Below the pieces are notes generated by a model. It did no database searches. It was not told the origin of the DNA and was given only the letters and a program-made list of their open reading frames with translations. Made by a program: the position numbers and the translations under genes. Shown piece by piece: positions 62,380 through 64,000 of a stretch of 64,000 bases of DNA; the first letter of the stretch is position 1, and each line of letters opens with the position of its first letter. The stretch is from Raillietiella orientalis (taxonomy: Eukaryota), in assembly GCA_036172245.1 (NCBI GenBank), contig JAYWIR010000054.1, forward strand, positions 124,001 to 188,000, written 5' to 3'.

Positions 62380-63236
62380 TCAAAGTCCCGAATGCTGAAA
62401 TCTCCAAGGATCATGAAAAATAAATAAATGCGCTTATTTTGTGCACCAGAATATATATTTATATATCATAAAGATAATGTACATGTACATGTGCTTATTA
62501 TGTATGTTCATACATAGATTAAAAGATAACTTTATTTTAACACACATATCTATTAATATAATTCGAAATAATTATTGATATCAGTATGTATGAAAGATTA
62601 CAAGAATGAATACATGTCTTTCTTATATACATTGATATGCATAACAAATACATATGAAATGAATATATAGATATTCAATTATTAACATATATATTTACAG
62701 AACAGTCAAAATCCTGAAAATAGAATTCGCGATTTCCTGCGAAAGTTTCATTTGTTGAATGCTGGGAATGATGGGAAAATGGAATACCAAATTTCCATCT
62801 TGTGTTTTCGTTGATTTCCATTATTTTTTCGATTTTCATGGTTATTTTTTAAAATTTGATATTTACACATGTTGGTTTAAATATATATTTATTGTGTATG
62901 TAAATATACATTAATAAGCACGCACGTTTATTTTTATAATCTTTCATACAAATTAATAACATATTCTACATATTATTCGTTCCATTAATTAATTACATTA
63001 TTATTTGTATTAACAACATGTATTGCAATAAATACTGATAAATGTGCATGCTGAAATAAATTTGTCTATCAATGAGATATATAAATATATATATTAATAT
63101 ACATAATAAGCACATGTATTTATTTTTTATACGATCTTTATAATGCATATTAATCTATGTATATATACTACTATATAAAATAAATATATGTGTTTGTTTC
63201 TTATGATTCGAGATCTGGCGTTCGGAATTTTGACGA
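62380..63236. mobile_element. AT-rich fold-back / MITE-like element, copy 2 (core inverted relative to copy 1)
   Basis: Internal inverted repeat TACATGTGCTTATTATGT at ~62486 and ~63101-63118; ends resemble the copy 1 TIRs; core GCAGGAAAT..CGAATTCTATTT.CAGGATTT is shared with 25620-25650. Confidence 0.75.
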
Positions 63237-64000
63237 GCACCGATTTTAGTGTATGCCTCATTTCACGGAGCACTTTTTCTAATGTCACTGATGCCACACA
63301 TCAAGACGCAGATATCCATGCATGCAAATGATCCCTAAATACATCATAAATTTGGATTCTGTGAAAGCATTTCGTTTTCCTAATGATGAGAGCTCGATAG
63401 CATAACGCATAAATAGGCGAATCTCTTAGAAAGAGGAGTATATCTTTTCTTTTAGTAATACACACAATAGATGATTTAGGAATCATCATAGATTCTGCAT
63501 TTAACCTCCAGTTTTCCCTTCGCCTCGTCCGTTTACCGACGAGGATCTGGTTTTCTTCCAGGCTTTCTGGTATTTGGGTAGCTGATGCCAGAGATTTGCA
63601 AGACTTCACCTGTGCAGCATGCAATGCTGTTCTTCCTCTCTTGGTCATTTCCCACCACACCGAGGCTCCGGGTTCTCCTGGCTGACCTGGGACCACATGC
63701 TTTCCTTAACGACGCTGAAAATATATGAACTGCCATCGAAAGTTGATGTGAGCGAAGGTGGAAAGGACTCCGTCAAAGATAAATGGACAAGATTTATGAG
63801 TCCGATTTGCTCCAGCTGCAGATGTGATTTTTTAACGGTTGGGCTTGAAGAGAAATCCAGAAGATTCCGCGAAATTCGGAAAAAGCTTACGACATTCCCG
63901 TAAAAGTCATCACGTACAAGTGATGCTGCACAGTTCGGGAATCCAAGGAAGTGCCAAACAAGTTACACACGTTCCCGCTCTTAAGGTTTGCACTTGATTT

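Noticed and set aside
4830..63236. One large inverted segmental duplication explaining all inverted pairs
   Set aside because: The pairs (PAP2 genes, 22/57.7 kb, 25.5/62.8 kb) have different centres, order and divergence.
63608..63660. Ankyrin exon (KRGRTALHAA, minus strand)
   Set aside because: Single half-repeat with no supporting neighbouring repeats inside the window.

Overview
Eukaryotic (invertebrate metazoan, arthropod-like) genomic DNA with short spliceosomal introns; not prokaryotic. Host genes are an intronless ankyrin-repeat ORF at the left end and two wunen/PLPP-type lipid phosphate phosphatase (PAP2) paralogues pointing away from each other. The first (minus strand, 4.8-9.8 kb) is intact. 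The second (plus strand, 52.6-56.2 kb) is divergent, has an expanded repeat-containing loop and carries several lesions. Most of the rest is a dense field of decayed transposons on both strands: many L1/Tx1-type LINE fragments, a NeSL/Utopia-like RT+REL element, BEL/Pao and Gypsy relics, and two AT-rich fold-back (MITE-like) elements. The most unusual signal is a multi-copy ~1.05 kb retroposon with a tRNA-like head, an internal array of c(UUCG)g hairpins, a terminal hairpin and poly(A). In two copies it sits directly against the structured 3' UTR of a Tx1-like LINE. All calls are by-eye motif reading; no database searches or folding programs were run.
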